DNA of 64,000 bases from Verrucomicrobiota bacterium. GTDB lineage: Bacteria; Verrucomicrobiota; Verrucomicrobiia; Limisphaerales; AAA164-E04. Within the stretch, counting starts at the first letter, position 1. The number at the start of each line of letters is the position of its first letter. The notes under the pieces were generated by a model. The model saw only the letters and a list, made by a program, of their open reading frames with translations. It was not told the DNA's origin and ran no database searches. Where the stretch lies: contig CP170459.1 in NCBI GenBank assembly GCA_047947115.1, positions 1,472,001-1,536,000 on the forward strand, written 5' to 3'. The position numbers were made by a program, and so were the translations under genes. This document shows, piece by piece, positions 19,470 through 30,093 of the stretch.

Positions 19470-19689
19470 GTGTTCAGAAACGGATGGAATCCGTTTGGCT
19501 CGGGACGAGTCCTGATAAGAGTTGGGTAAGTTTCATTGTCTTTGCATCCATTGGACACGCGGTGAGTTATATGGTCTATGTGTGATTTTTTGTCCACCTA
19601 ATTTCGTAATTCTTTGCGGCAGGTAAATGGAGGATGCGTTACAGATCAGCAATAATTGAATGGTGAGAAAGATCGAACCTTCCCGTCGG

Positions 19690-20071
19690 GTAGATGGGAC
19701 CGTCCCGGTCAGGTAGATCGGACCGTCCCGGTCCGCACCTTGTGGCATCGCTGCTTAAATAAGCTACCCCAAGGAAAACCCAACCGCCTTCGAACCCCAA
19801 TACTTTTTTGCACGTTCACCAAGGACGCAGGTCATTGAAAACCGCAGGCTTCCCAAAGCGGAAATTGATTGGAATTCGTATGCCACAAGGGCGCGCCAGG
19901 GACGGCACGCACTACCTTGAGTGAACTGCGGGTAGATCGGACCGTCCCGGTCCGCCCGCTACCGCCAACTGCGCGGATGTTGGGTTGTTGGATGCCAAGG
20001 GGTTTTCCTTGAGAGGTGAAAAACAGGGAATGGAGGCCATGAGGATTGCGTGCCAAGACGCCACGTTCTAC
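19690..20071. repeat. REP cluster: single REP (19690), long REPIN (19713-19915), 16-bp linker, inverted short REPIN (19932-20071)
   Basis: Three GTAGAT(C/G)GGACCGTCCCGGTC heads; CTAC ends at 19915 and 20071. Confidence 0.88.
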
Positions 20072-20083
20072 CTGTCCCCCAAC

Positions 20084-20116
20084 AAAAATGCCGGCGGGAA
20101 GGGTTCCCGCCGGCAT
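20084..20116 (-). terminator. Rho-independent terminator of the Calx-beta protein gene
   Basis: 13-bp perfect stem ATGCCGGCGGGAA/TTCCCGCCGGCAT with a T tract on the minus strand. Confidence 0.85.
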
Positions 20117-20156
20117 CTGGCTTGGCTTTGGTTTTTATGGACTGAGGGAGAAACTT

Positions 20157-23100
20157 TTATTCCTCGTTGGGCAAACCTTCAGGTGCTTTGCGGACCCGGT
20201 AGTATTGTCCTCTGCGTTGACCGGGCTTGTCGGCTACGATGTCCAGTGCGCCTTCTTCACTGACACCAGTGCCAATCACTTCCCATTCTTCCAGGTTGTC
20301 CGATACTTCCATGACATAACCTTCACCTGGCACTGCAGGCAGACGCAGGTGAATGCTACCGTCATCCAGAATCGATACACCCTTGCGGCCGGGATTATTG
20401 TCACTGATCACCACCGTGGCGGCGCCGGCGCGTCCTATGTTGTAGGTGTCGACAGGTTCCAGTACCAGAATGGCGGTTTCCAGACCTTCTTCCATGTCAT
20501 CCAGGATGGGCGACAGTTCCAGAGTAGCCCACCGCTTTTGGGCTTCGATGATGACGGAACCTTCCAGGAGTGTGTAGTCCAGTCCGTTTTCCGCGGTGCC
20601 TTCCATGCGGTAAGCAACCTTCAACTCGGTGTCCGTTTTGCCGGTGCGGCGAATGCGGAACTTGGCGGTGTTGCCGTTGGGACTGCCGTTGCCATTGCCG
20701 TTACCGGTGGCTTCCGATGCGAAGGCATCCTTGGCGAACACGGTGACTTCCGGTTTTTCATTGTCTCCGATGACTTCAACTTTGGTTCGGCGCGACATGA
20801 GGGTGGCTCCGTCGTTGTCGGTGACTTCCAGTGCGATGTCATACTTGCCGGCTTCCACATTTTCCCAGAGGAAATCAAAGGTCTGACTTTGACCGGGATC
20901 AGGCGCCACGATGAAGTTGATCGTTCCTTCATGGACCACTTCGTCGTTGGCAAGGAATCTGAACGCTCCGATCCATCCGTCAGCATCGACCGCTTCACCG
21001 GTCAATTGAATGCTGGCAGGGGCCTGGAATTTTTCGTTGTTGAACGGTGTGATCATGCTCACCTTCGGCGCGATGTTTCGATCCCGATCATTGTCGAAAA
21101 TATTCAGACGTGCCGCATCCTGACGTCCCACTTGGTAACAATCCGGTGAGGGTGGGAAGATGGCGATGCACTGGATGTCTTCCAGGAGCAGTACGACCTG
21201 TTCCACTCCTTCCACGTCATTGTCTTCCAGAGGAATGACGGACACCTGCACTTCGCTCATGCCTTCCGGGATGGTGACCATGCCGCTCAGGTGTTCGTAG
21301 TCCAGACCGTTTACACCTGCTCCACGCATTTGATAATGCACAGCCAGAGCGTTGGAAAGGTCACCCTGACGCCAGATGAGGAAGGAACCGGGATTTGGGT
21401 CTTCACCGGCGCCCGTTTCTGAGGCTTTGCCGTCATCGACTTTGACTTGGACGAGCGTCAGGCCGTCGGTGTTTCCGCCGTTTCCATTACCGTTGCCGTT
21501 GCCGTTGCCATTTCCATTTCCATTTCCATTGTTGCCATCGTCGCTGTCCGATTTGTCGCGGACCTGGACGATTACGGGGCGGGAGCGTCCGATTTTACCT
21601 TCATCATCGGTGACTTCGGCATGCAATTCATATTTGCCAACCGGCACATCCGACCAGACCAGTGAGTAGTGTTGGTCTTCTCCGTCTTCCGGAGGGCGAA
21701 TAAACGTGAGAAACTGTTCGCCTATTTTTCTGCCGTTGGCAAAGAAGGCTGCCTGGGAGGTCCATCCGTTTTGATCCTTGGCTTCCACTTCAATCCTGAT
21801 TTCAGCGGGAGCTCTGAAGGCGTCTCCGTTATCGGGTGATTCGATTTTCACGACGGGGGCAGGGTTGTCGTCTTGATCATTGTCGCGAATCTCCACCTTT
21901 GCAGTGGTGTGCTGGCCCAGTTGATAGCAATCGGCGGGCGGAGGGAAGATGGCGATACAGATTGCCGGCAGCAACTCGAGAACCACTGTTTCGGTGGGTT
22001 CGGTCTGGTTGTCGTCCTTGGGAACGAGTTGCAGTCGGACGTTGTTCACACCTGCCGGGATTTCGATGGTGCCGGACAGGGGGGTGAAGTCGTCACCGCT
22101 GGTGGCGGTGCCACTCAATCGATATGCAACATTCAGCGCCACGTCCTTGTTGCCGGACCGGCGGAACATCCAGGTGGCTGCATTGACTTTTTCCGGACGG
22201 TTGTCCTCTCCGTCGTTCTTTTGACGGAATCCCTCGGTGGCAATGGGGTCGGTGGCGAATACTTCCACCAATGGAGCGCGTGTGGCACCCTGGACGGATA
22301 CTGTGATGGATTCCGAGCGGGCGCTTTCGCCGTTTTTGTTGGTCGCCACTGCTGTCAGATTGTGTCGACCGGTGGTCAGATTGCTCAGTTTGGTGGACCA
22401 GATCGGGCTCTTGCCCCGGCCGTTGCGTTCCAGTTTTGCAACGGGTTCATCGCCCGAGTAGAGTACGACTGAATCGACATCGTTTTTACCTTCCTCCAGT
22501 TTGACCACGACATTGATATTGTGATTGGACGGGAATACCGATCCGTTGCGTGGTGAAAGGATGGCCAGTGAGGTGGGCAATGTTTCTCCGTCCTCGCCGG
22601 TGCCGTCCAAAATGGTTACTTCCGCCTGGTGCGATTCCCCCAGGGCGTAGCACTTGTGGGCATCATCACGATCCAATTCACATTCTCTGGGAATCAAGGT
22701 CAGAATGACATTTTCAGGGCCTTCGCGGAGTTGGTCGTCTAGAGGTTTGATCTCGACGCGGACGCTGGCAACGCCTTTATCCATCAGGATCGAATGTTCC
22801 AGTTCGGCATAATCTTTGCCATTCTGTGCACGGCCGCTCAACCGGTAGGCGACTTCGATGGCATGGTCCATGGGGCCTTCACGGCTGATGACGAAGAAGC
22901 CGGGATCACCGCCCACTGCTGCTTCCGCCAGGGTGAGGGACCTTGGTTTTACCTTGTTTTGAGGGGCTGGGTTCTCCGGGCGATTGGCGTTGCCCTGTCC
23001 GTTGCCGTTCTTTCCTCGATCATCGCCATTTTTCTCGCCTTTATCTCCTTCATTATCGGAATCGAGATCCACATTTGCCATCAACGTGGGTTCGGTGGCT

Positions 23101-24248
23101 TCGGGATCTTCAGCGTGGACGGAGACGATGGAGGGTTCTTCTTTTGACAGAACGTGGAACACATGGGGTTGTGAATCGGTATAGGCTCCTTCATGATCGT
23201 AGGCACGTGCCACAATTTCATAGCGGCCCGGGCCTAGGTTTTGCCAGAACTGCTTGTAGAGGTTGGGTTGTTCGAAGTTGCCGGATATGATCAGCTCGGT
23301 TCCTTCGAAGAACTCCACACGTTCGATTTGGCCATCCGCATCCTCAGCCTGCGCGATCAACCAGACACTGGCGGGATCAAGGAATGTTTCTCCCGGCAAG
23401 GGAGAGATCATGGCGATTTTTGGGGGAAGGTTCGGGATGGGGTTTTCGCCATCACGGATGACCGCTTCAGCCACACTCAGGCGTCCCACTTCGTAACAAT
23501 CCTGCGGCATTGGAAAGATGTCTGCGCAAGGTGACGGTTCCAGGATCACCAACACTGACTCATCACCCTCGGGATCCTGGTCGTCCAACGGTTCGAGCAG
23601 GACTACTGTGGACCGTTCACCCGCTGGAATGGTGACAACATTGGACATGGGCAGATAATCCAGTCCGGCTTCCGCGGCGCCTTCTGTTCGGAAATAGACA
23701 TCCAGTTCATGATCTACCGAGCCTGTGCGTGTAATGGTGAACTCCGCCGTGTCGATCAAAGTATCGCCATCTTTGGGTTCACTTGCTTCCGGATCGGTGG
23801 CGGAAACGGTCACAACGTTGACCGGGATGCTTTCGACGATGGTGAAGGAAACGAGTTCGGATATGGATTCCGTGCCGTTTTCATCCCGTGCGGTGACTTG
23901 GACGGTGTGGTTTCCGCCGCGCAGGTTTTCCCAGTCGAAGCGAAAAGGGCCGATGGGGGTTTCGGGTGTCAATAATTGAGGGGGAATCAGGTTGAGCGGT
24001 TCATCCACGGTTCCCAGAGAGGTCCCGTCTCCCACAAATTCCATGCTGACACTGGCTTGTCCGACTCGATCCACCTCCGCGAAGATGGTCAGGTCACGCG
24101 GTCCTTCCAGAACGACTCCGTTGCCAGGACTGGTAATGCGGGCTGCGGGTGGAGCCGTTTGCTCTTCCTGAGCCCATGCAGATACGCCGACACCCATGCT
24201 CATCAGCAGGGCGGCGAGTTTTCTCGACAGTTGGTTGTTGTATTTCAT
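20157..24248 (-). CDS. Large secreted protein with alternating Ig-like (Big) and Calx-beta domains
   Basis: Signal peptide; about 5 units of an SP..G..F Ig-like module plus A.G.DY...V.IP.G...DD..EG.E.V.L.L Calx-beta; GN low-complexity linkers. Confidence 0.85.
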   Translation of the reverse strand: MKYNNQLSRKLAALLMSMGVGVSAWAQEEQTAPPAARITSPGNGVVLEGPRDLTIFAEVDRVGQASVSMEFVGDGTSLGTVDEPLNLIPPQLLTPETPIGPFRFDWENLRGGNHTVQVTARDENGTESISELVSFTIVESIPVNVVTVSATDPEASEPKDGDTLIDTAEFTITRTGSVDHELDVYFRTEGAAEAGLDYLPMSNVVTIPAGERSTVVLLEPLDDQDPEGDESVLVILEPSPCADIFPMPQDCYEVGRLSVAEAVIRDGENPIPNLPPKIAMISPLPGETFLDPASVWLIAQAEDADGQIERVEFFEGTELIISGNFEQPNLYKQFWQNLGPGRYEIVARAYDHEGAYTDSQPHVFHVLSKEEPSIVSVHAEDPEATEPTLMANVDLDSDNEGDKGEKNGDDRGKNGNGQGNANRPENPAPQNKVKPRSLTLAEAAVGGDPGFFVISREGPMDHAIEVAYRLSGRAQNGKDYAELEHSILMDKGVASVRVEIKPLDDQLREGPENVILTLIPRECELDRDDAHKCYALGESHQAEVTILDGTGEDGETLPTSLAILSPRNGSVFPSNHNINVVVKLEEGKNDVDSVVLYSGDEPVAKLERNGRGKSPIWSTKLSNLTTGRHNLTAVATNKNGESARSESITVSVQGATRAPLVEVFATDPIATEGFRQKNDGEDNRPEKVNAATWMFRRSGNKDVALNVAYRLSGTATSGDDFTPLSGTIEIPAGVNNVRLQLVPKDDNQTEPTETVVLELLPAICIAIFPPPADCYQLGQHTTAKVEIRDNDQDDNPAPVVKIESPDNGDAFRAPAEIRIEVEAKDQNGWTSQAAFFANGRKIGEQFLTFIRPPEDGEDQHYSLVWSDVPVGKYELHAEVTDDEGKIGRSRPVIVQVRDKSDSDDGNNGNGNGNGNGNGNGNGNGGNTDGLTLVQVKVDDGKASETGAGEDPNPGSFLIWRQGDLSNALAVHYQMRGAGVNGLDYEHLSGMVTIPEGMSEVQVSVIPLEDNDVEGVEQVVLLLEDIQCIAIFPPSPDCYQVGRQDAARLNIFDNDRDRNIAPKVSMITPFNNEKFQAPASIQLTGEAVDADGWIGAFRFLANDEVVHEGTINFIVAPDPGQSQTFDFLWENVEAGKYDIALEVTDNDGATLMSRRTKVEVIGDNEKPEVTVFAKDAFASEATGNGNGNGSPNGNTAKFRIRRTGKTDTELKVAYRMEGTAENGLDYTLLEGSVIIEAQKRWATLELSPILDDMEEGLETAILVLEPVDTYNIGRAGAATVVISDNNPGRKGVSILDDGSIHLRLPAVPGEGYVMEVSDNLEEWEVIGTGVSEEGALDIVADKPGQRRGQYYRVRKAPEGLPNEE

Positions 24249-24333
24249 AATCATCTTACTCCTGATTTTGCAAAACAGAGAACATGCAGACGCCATGCCA
24301 TATCAATTTTTAGAAAATCGAAAATTCCTTCGG

Positions 24334-25791
24334 ATGCCCGCTCTATGGTGCGGATTTCTGGTTTGCCTGTTTGGCTTGACCGGAGACGAATCACAAGCTG
24401 CGGATGCACAGCGTGTTCGGATTGCGTGCCTGGGGGACAGTATTACCCAGGGTGCGCGTGTTGATGAGGAGACGCAATCGTATCCATCTCGTCTGCAGGA
24501 GCTTCTGGGAGACCGGTATGAGGTGGGTAACTTTGGGGTAGGTGGCGCCACGCTGCTGCGCTCGGGGCGTCCCAATATCTGGTCCAAGCTGGACGAGGTA
24601 ACATCTTTCAACCCTCATGGCGTCATTATCTCCTTGGGGACCAACGACACGGTCGACGGAAACCGCGGCAATTGGTCAAGGATCCGGCGTTTCGAACCGG
24701 ATTGTCTGGAGTTGCTTGAAACACTGCTGGCGCTGCCGGCTCAACCTCAGATTTGGCTGTGTGGTCCGACCTCCATGGTCCTTGAAACCCCGGACCTCAG
24801 CGAGGATCGACGGGCCAATTTGGAGGAGCGTCGGCCTAGATTGGAACAACTTCGAGCGGTTTTGAGGCGAACCGTGGAAACATTCGATCATCCGCGTGTT
24901 CATTTTCTGGATTTGGGACCGGTATTACACGGTCAGCCCGAGTTGCTGACCAAAGAAGACGGAGTGCATCCCAATGTGGAGGGCTACCTTGCCATCGCTC
25001 GGAACGTGACTCAAGCCGTGCGAAAAGGTTATCAGGATCAGTGGCCTGAAGAAAAGGTGGACCATTGGCACGGATATCGGCGACATCATTTTATGGTGGC
25101 TGGGCAATCAGCCTGGGTGGTTCGTCCCTTGAAAGCGGCTCCAAACAGGCCATGGATCTGGCGGGCTCGTTTTCCGGGGTTTCATGCCGAAATGGATCGC
25201 CAGATGATCGGTCACGGTTTTCACGTCGCCTATGTGGATGTGGCCGGACTTTACGGTAACGCACGCGCCATGGAGATTGGCGATGCCTTATATACTCGGT
25301 TGACGCAGGATCATCAGCTTTCGCCCACTCCCGTGCTGGAAGGAGTCAGTCGCGGTGGTTTATTTGTTTACCATTGGGCCGCCCGTCATCCGGAATCAGT
25401 CAGCGCCATCTATTGTGACACCCCGGTGTGTGATCCTCGCAGTTGGCCTGGGGGCAGGGGAAGTGGGATCGGATCGCCGGGGGATTGGAATCGTTTCATG
25501 GAAGTGAACCAGTTGAAGTCGTATCAGATGGACACTTTCGAGCCCGAGACGTTTGAAAAAGCCGCCGTGATAGCAGGCGCCCGGATTCCCGTCATGCATG
25601 TGATTTCTGAGAATGACACCGTCGTTCCTCCTTCTGAAAACACCCTGGTCTTAAAGACCAGGCTGGAGGCATTGGGGCACGGGATGGAATTGATTCGTGT
25701 ACCTTTTGGGACGGAACCATCCCACGGCCATCACTTCACACACCCGGAGCCGGATCGGGTGGTTCGGTTTATGTTGAACCATGCCAAATGA
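24334..25791 (+). CDS. SGNH/GDSL esterase fused to an alpha/beta hydrolase domain
   Basis: GDSIT, GTND, DGVHPN; second domain GVSRGG, ENDTVVP, HGHH. Confidence 0.85.
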   Translation: MPALWCGFLVCLFGLTGDESQAADAQRVRIACLGDSITQGARVDEETQSYPSRLQELLGDRYEVGNFGVGGATLLRSGRPNIWSKLDEVTSFNPHGVIISLGTNDTVDGNRGNWSRIRRFEPDCLELLETLLALPAQPQIWLCGPTSMVLETPDLSEDRRANLEERRPRLEQLRAVLRRTVETFDHPRVHFLDLGPVLHGQPELLTKEDGVHPNVEGYLAIARNVTQAVRKGYQDQWPEEKVDHWHGYRRHHFMVAGQSAWVVRPLKAAPNRPWIWRARFPGFHAEMDRQMIGHGFHVAYVDVAGLYGNARAMEIGDALYTRLTQDHQLSPTPVLEGVSRGGLFVYHWAARHPESVSAIYCDTPVCDPRSWPGGRGSGIGSPGDWNRFMEVNQLKSYQMDTFEPETFEKAAVIAGARIPVMHVISENDTVVPPSENTLVLKTRLEALGHGMELIRVPFGTEPSHGHHFTHPEPDRVVRFMLNHAK

Positions 25792-25886
25792 GCAGGAGCG
25801 AGTTGATTGGTCGTTTTTTCACCGTTTTTTTTGTGAATCCCTCCTCGATTATTTGCGTTCTTCTCGAATCTGAGTAAACTATTTCC

Positions 25887-26723
25887 ATGAATCGTGTTTC
25901 GAGTGGCATCTCCATCCTTTTGCTTGTTTTCTGCTTTGCGTTTTCCGGATGTCAACCCATGTCGGTTGCCAGAGTGGACGAGGAGCGGGAAGCCTATTAT
26001 ATGGATGCCAAAGAGAAGCTTTTTGCCGGGGATTACGAGGAAGCTGCGATCGGTTTTGAGCGTGCTCTGGAGGTGAACCCCAAAAACGCAGCCGCGCATC
26101 TCGAATTGGGTTTGCTTCACTACGAGCACCTTCACAACTACGTTTCCGCCATCTATCATTTTCGGAAAATGCTTGAGCTTCGGCCGGATCATCTGATGGC
26201 TGGACAGATCAAGGATCATTTGACCCGATGCGAAATGGATTTTGCCTCCTCGATTCATCTGGGACCCCTTAATCAAAACACCGAGACAAGAATTCGTAAT
26301 CTGGTTGAAACAAAAGAGGGTCTTGAAGAGAAAGTTCAGAGTCTGGAAGGACAGTTGCGCCAGATGCGCAGTGTCCTGGCCGCTCAAAGCAACGACCTCA
26401 AAACGGCTCAGGAAAATGCCGGTCAACGCCGACAAACTGTTGGTTCCGACAACGGCAACGAGCGCACGAATCAGCTTTCCAAACCTGCTGTCGAAAGAGT
26501 ATCGGCAATAGAGTCTTCGCAAACGGATCTCACGCCGGTATCCACCACCCCCACATACCGCAAACACATGGTGCGGGCTAATGACAGTTTTTACAAACTT
26601 TCCCGCAAATACGGAGTCACACCCAAGGTAATTGCCGATGTCAACCCGGGTATTGACTCGACCAAGCTCCAGATTGGACAGGTGCTGAACATCCCTTATC
26701 CAACGGCAACCGCCTCGCGATGA
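25887..26723 (+). CDS. TPR/coiled-coil/LysM lipoprotein
   Basis: Lipobox FSGC; TPR-like AAAHLELGLL; C-terminal LysM HMVRANDSFYKLSRKYGV...LQIGQVLNIP. Confidence 0.85.
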   Translation: MNRVSSGISILLLVFCFAFSGCQPMSVARVDEEREAYYMDAKEKLFAGDYEEAAIGFERALEVNPKNAAAHLELGLLHYEHLHNYVSAIYHFRKMLELRPDHLMAGQIKDHLTRCEMDFASSIHLGPLNQNTETRIRNLVETKEGLEEKVQSLEGQLRQMRSVLAAQSNDLKTAQENAGQRRQTVGSDNGNERTNQLSKPAVERVSAIESSQTDLTPVSTTPTYRKHMVRANDSFYKLSRKYGVTPKVIADVNPGIDSTKLQIGQVLNIPYPTATASR

Positions 26724-27574
26724 ACCGTGTCTGGTTGATCCTCGCTGGCTGTTTCTGGGTGGGGATGAATGTGCTGCTCTGGCGCTCGGAATACGGCGGC
26801 GGATCGACCGGTACCCCTCTGCCAGTCGACAATGTGGTTGCCAAAATACTCGAAACACCCGATCCCTCGGAGCTGGAGATCTATTATCAGAATGAACGAG
26901 TGGGCAGTTGTCGCTGGATGGTGAGCCAGCTCAGCGAGATCGAACATGAACCCGATACCGGTGACGAAGTCGACCTCGAAGCCGCTGAAATGTCGGGGTT
27001 GATCAAGAAAATCAAATCATTTGCCATCAATCTCGACGGACACCTCCAATGGCAGGAACAGACCAGGCGTATACGTTATATGTTGAACGTGAATCTTGCT
27101 CCCGATTGGAAGTGGACTTCGCTCGACGCCAAAGTGGGGTTCAGGGATCAGTGGTTTCATGTGCATTCGAAACAGTCTGAAGGCACGGTGAGTTTTGAGC
27201 TCGAACAGGGTGCTTCAAAATGGGACAGCGTGATTACCTTCGAGCAATTGAAGCGTCCTGAAGCACTCCTTGAGCAGTGGCTGCCGGAGAATCCCCTATT
27301 GGTCGGCTTGGCGGCACCCCTGCTGGCTCAGGCCAAGGCCCTTGTCGGGGATGTAAACAATCCGGCCTTGGGATTGGCAAGCTGGGGGGATAACTGGAAA
27401 GCCTATTCGGATTGGTTGACCATTGCACATTCCAGAATGCGCGTCTACCGCATGGAGCACTCCCTTGATGATGAACCAAGTGTATCGGTCACCATCAATC
27501 GTGCGGGAGAAATCCTCACGGTCACCCTGCCTCAACGCCTTCTTATCAAGAATGAAGGAGTGCTTGGATTGTAG
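26720..27574 (+). CDS. Hypothetical protein with N-terminal membrane anchor
   Basis: 284-aa ORF overlapping the upstream stop (ATGA coupling). Confidence 0.75.
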   Translation: MNRVWLILAGCFWVGMNVLLWRSEYGGGSTGTPLPVDNVVAKILETPDPSELEIYYQNERVGSCRWMVSQLSEIEHEPDTGDEVDLEAAEMSGLIKKIKSFAINLDGHLQWQEQTRRIRYMLNVNLAPDWKWTSLDAKVGFRDQWFHVHSKQSEGTVSFELEQGASKWDSVITFEQLKRPEALLEQWLPENPLLVGLAAPLLAQAKALVGDVNNPALGLASWGDNWKAYSDWLTIAHSRMRVYRMEHSLDDEPSVSVTINRAGEILTVTLPQRLLIKNEGVLGL

Positions 27575-27688
27575 TTTTCCAACCTAATGGACAAGATGTA
27601 TGGCGGTAGATGGTGTGCGCTTTGGCTTTTCAATCGTTGGTTTTGTGTGTTTGAATGATCCGGCAGTTCGTTAAATTCTTACCCGTTC

Positions 27689-29884
27689 ATGGAAAATAAC
27701 ACATCCAATCAGCAAACAACAGGCGGTGAAAATCATCCAATCTCCGTTTCGGTCCCGAGTCCTTTCAAAAAATGGGCCTTTCGCCTGTTGGCCATGCTTT
27801 TGGTTTCCGGATGTGTGTTGGGTGGTCTGGAAGGTGCCCTGCGATTGATCGGATTTGGAGATCACCCCTATTTTTTTCAAAAACGGGTTTTTAACAACAC
27901 TGAATATTGGACTGAAAATCCTGGTTTCCTCTATCGGTTCATGCCCAGGACGCAGGCCCGATCCCCTCGGCCCGTGATGTTCCCGGTCAAGAAGGCCGAA
28001 AATGTCGTTCGAATTTTCGTGTTGGGCGAATCCGCAGCCATGGGAGATCCTGAACCTGCTTTTGGCCTGGCTCAGGTGCTCAGGGTATTGTTGAGGGATC
28101 GGTTCCCGAACAAGGAATTTGAAGTGATCAATACCGCCCTAACCGCCATTAATTCACACCTGATTCTGCCACTGGCACATGAATGCGTCGAAAAGGACGC
28201 TGATTTTCTGGTGATTTACATGGGCAATAATGAAGTCGTCGGCCCTTTCGGCCCAGGAACGGTTTTCGGTGAGCATTCACCTAACTTAACCACGTTGAAA
28301 TGGGGGCTGGCGCTGAAAAAGTTCCGACTGGGCCAGCTAGTGGATCACCTGGCCACTACGTTTGCGACCGGTTCCTCTGCGAATGCCTGGGGTGGCATGG
28401 CCATGTTTCAGGAAAAGCAGGTCAGCCGTGATGACCCGCGTTTGCAGGCCGTGTATGATCATTTTCAGTCTCAGGTACGCGATCTGGTTTCACTTCCCAG
28501 ACGTTCCGGTGTTCCGGTTTTCATCAGTACGGTGCCCTGCAATCTCAGAGATTCGGCGCCTTTCGCGTCGAGTGTTCCATCCAGTCTGTCGGATGAAGAT
28601 AAGCAAGCTTGGCAGGCGCATTACGATCAAGGTGTGCAACTGAAAAAGGCCGGACTTTTGTCTGAGGCTTTTCTCCACTTTCAGGAAGCTGAATCCCTGT
28701 TTTCCGAGCATGCGGATCTGCAGTTTCAATTGGGGCAATGCCTGATTCAAATCGGCACCCCTGAAGAAGCTCCCACACATTTCCTGCTCGCCAGAGAACT
28801 CGATTTGCTGCGGTTTCGAGCCGATGATCGATTGAATCAGGTCATACGCGACGCCTCCAAAGGTCAAATCTCCGCCGGAACGCATTTTTTGGATGCCGTT
28901 CAAGTGTTCGCGGAACAGTCGGAGTACGGTCTGCCGGGTAGTGATCTTTTTTGGGATCATGTGCATCTCAAGTTTTTGGGAAATTACTTGCTGGCAAAGC
29001 TTTATGCAGAAAATGTTGCAACCGTCCTGGCGATGCAAAACGGAGGCGGAACGAAGCAGGCTGTTGCGTGGTTGGGTGCCGAACAATGTGCCCGGCGAAT
29101 GGGCTTGACCCGCTGGGGGCAGTATCAGATGACAAGCACTATGTTCTCCAGGCTCAACGTCCCGCCTTTCACAGGGCAGTCCAACCGCGCTGAAGTGAAC
29201 ACTGTCATGGCGGAGGAAATTCGGTTGCTTCGCATGGAGCCTGATCAGGAAAAGTTGAAAGCCATGTCCGATCTCTACCTGGCTACGATTCAAAACGACC
29301 CCGGCAATTGGTTGCTGTATGATCAGCATGCGCGGTTCTTAAAAGCCGTGGGTGATCGTGAAAATGCTGTGATCCAATGGAAAAAGGTAATCGAACTTGT
29401 GCCTCACCATTTCATGGCTCGATATGAGTTGGGGACCTTGCTCAAAACGTCCGAGGTGACTGTAGGGCTGGCGGAACGTTATCTGCGGGAGGCAATTGAG
29501 TTGCGTCCATACATTCCTCAAGTGCATTCCGAACTGGGGCTTTGCCTCGGGCGGCAGAACAAGTATCAGGATGCCAGTGAGTCATTTCAAAGGGCCATTG
29601 AGTTGAATCCAAAGGACGTTAACGTTCATGTCAACTGGGCGATTGCATTAAATTTGATGAAAAAAAACGACGAAGCCATTCACCGCCTTGAGCAGGCTTT
29701 GACTGTGTCCACCAACAGTGTCCCCGCTCATTTGAACATGGCCCGTTTTCTGGCTCCCGGTAAGGATTGGGGCCGGGTTCGCCATCATCTCAATCAAGTG
29801 CTTAGGTTGGATCCGGACAATGCCGAGGCAATCGAAGCGTTGGGCAAGGTGGAAGCGATGACACCTGGTTCTGCTTCGCAATGA
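27689..29884 (+). CDS. Membrane-anchored SGNH-like + TPR protein
   Basis: TM helix, VLGESAAMG, YMGNNEVVGP, FWDHVH, several C-terminal TPRs. Confidence 0.85.
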   Translation: MENNTSNQQTTGGENHPISVSVPSPFKKWAFRLLAMLLVSGCVLGGLEGALRLIGFGDHPYFFQKRVFNNTEYWTENPGFLYRFMPRTQARSPRPVMFPVKKAENVVRIFVLGESAAMGDPEPAFGLAQVLRVLLRDRFPNKEFEVINTALTAINSHLILPLAHECVEKDADFLVIYMGNNEVVGPFGPGTVFGEHSPNLTTLKWGLALKKFRLGQLVDHLATTFATGSSANAWGGMAMFQEKQVSRDDPRLQAVYDHFQSQVRDLVSLPRRSGVPVFISTVPCNLRDSAPFASSVPSSLSDEDKQAWQAHYDQGVQLKKAGLLSEAFLHFQEAESLFSEHADLQFQLGQCLIQIGTPEEAPTHFLLARELDLLRFRADDRLNQVIRDASKGQISAGTHFLDAVQVFAEQSEYGLPGSDLFWDHVHLKFLGNYLLAKLYAENVATVLAMQNGGGTKQAVAWLGAEQCARRMGLTRWGQYQMTSTMFSRLNVPPFTGQSNRAEVNTVMAEEIRLLRMEPDQEKLKAMSDLYLATIQNDPGNWLLYDQHARFLKAVGDRENAVIQWKKVIELVPHHFMARYELGTLLKTSEVTVGLAERYLREAIELRPYIPQVHSELGLCLGRQNKYQDASESFQRAIELNPKDVNVHVNWAIALNLMKKNDEAIHRLEQALTVSTNSVPAHLNMARFLAPGKDWGRVRHHLNQVLRLDPDNAEAIEALGKVEAMTPGSASQ

Positions 29885-30093
29885 GTGAGTCTTTTAAGCT
29901 TGCCCAATTGAGAATCCAATCGAAACACATCCAGCATCATCGACCTGATCAGGGCACGTTCTTCACATTTTGACTTGTCACAAAGCTGCCATACTTGGTA
30001 AAAACCCCTCATCCATTAATACGTGCCTCGGCTCGGAAGCCGAAGCATTATGTGGTTTTGCAGTGTTGTAATTAAATGCAAATCAGGAACGAT

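Noticed and set aside
19533..20263. Short ORFs over the REP cluster (also 33702-33938, 35695-35901, 36660-36842, 42504-42800, 46860-47060)
   Set aside because: They coincide with REPIN sequence and show no protein motifs.
20046..21149. 367-aa plus-strand ORF
   Set aside because: Antisense shadow of the Calx-beta gene with no recognisable motifs.
25731..26858. 375-aa minus-strand ORF
   Set aside because: Antisense to the well-supported LysM lipoprotein gene.
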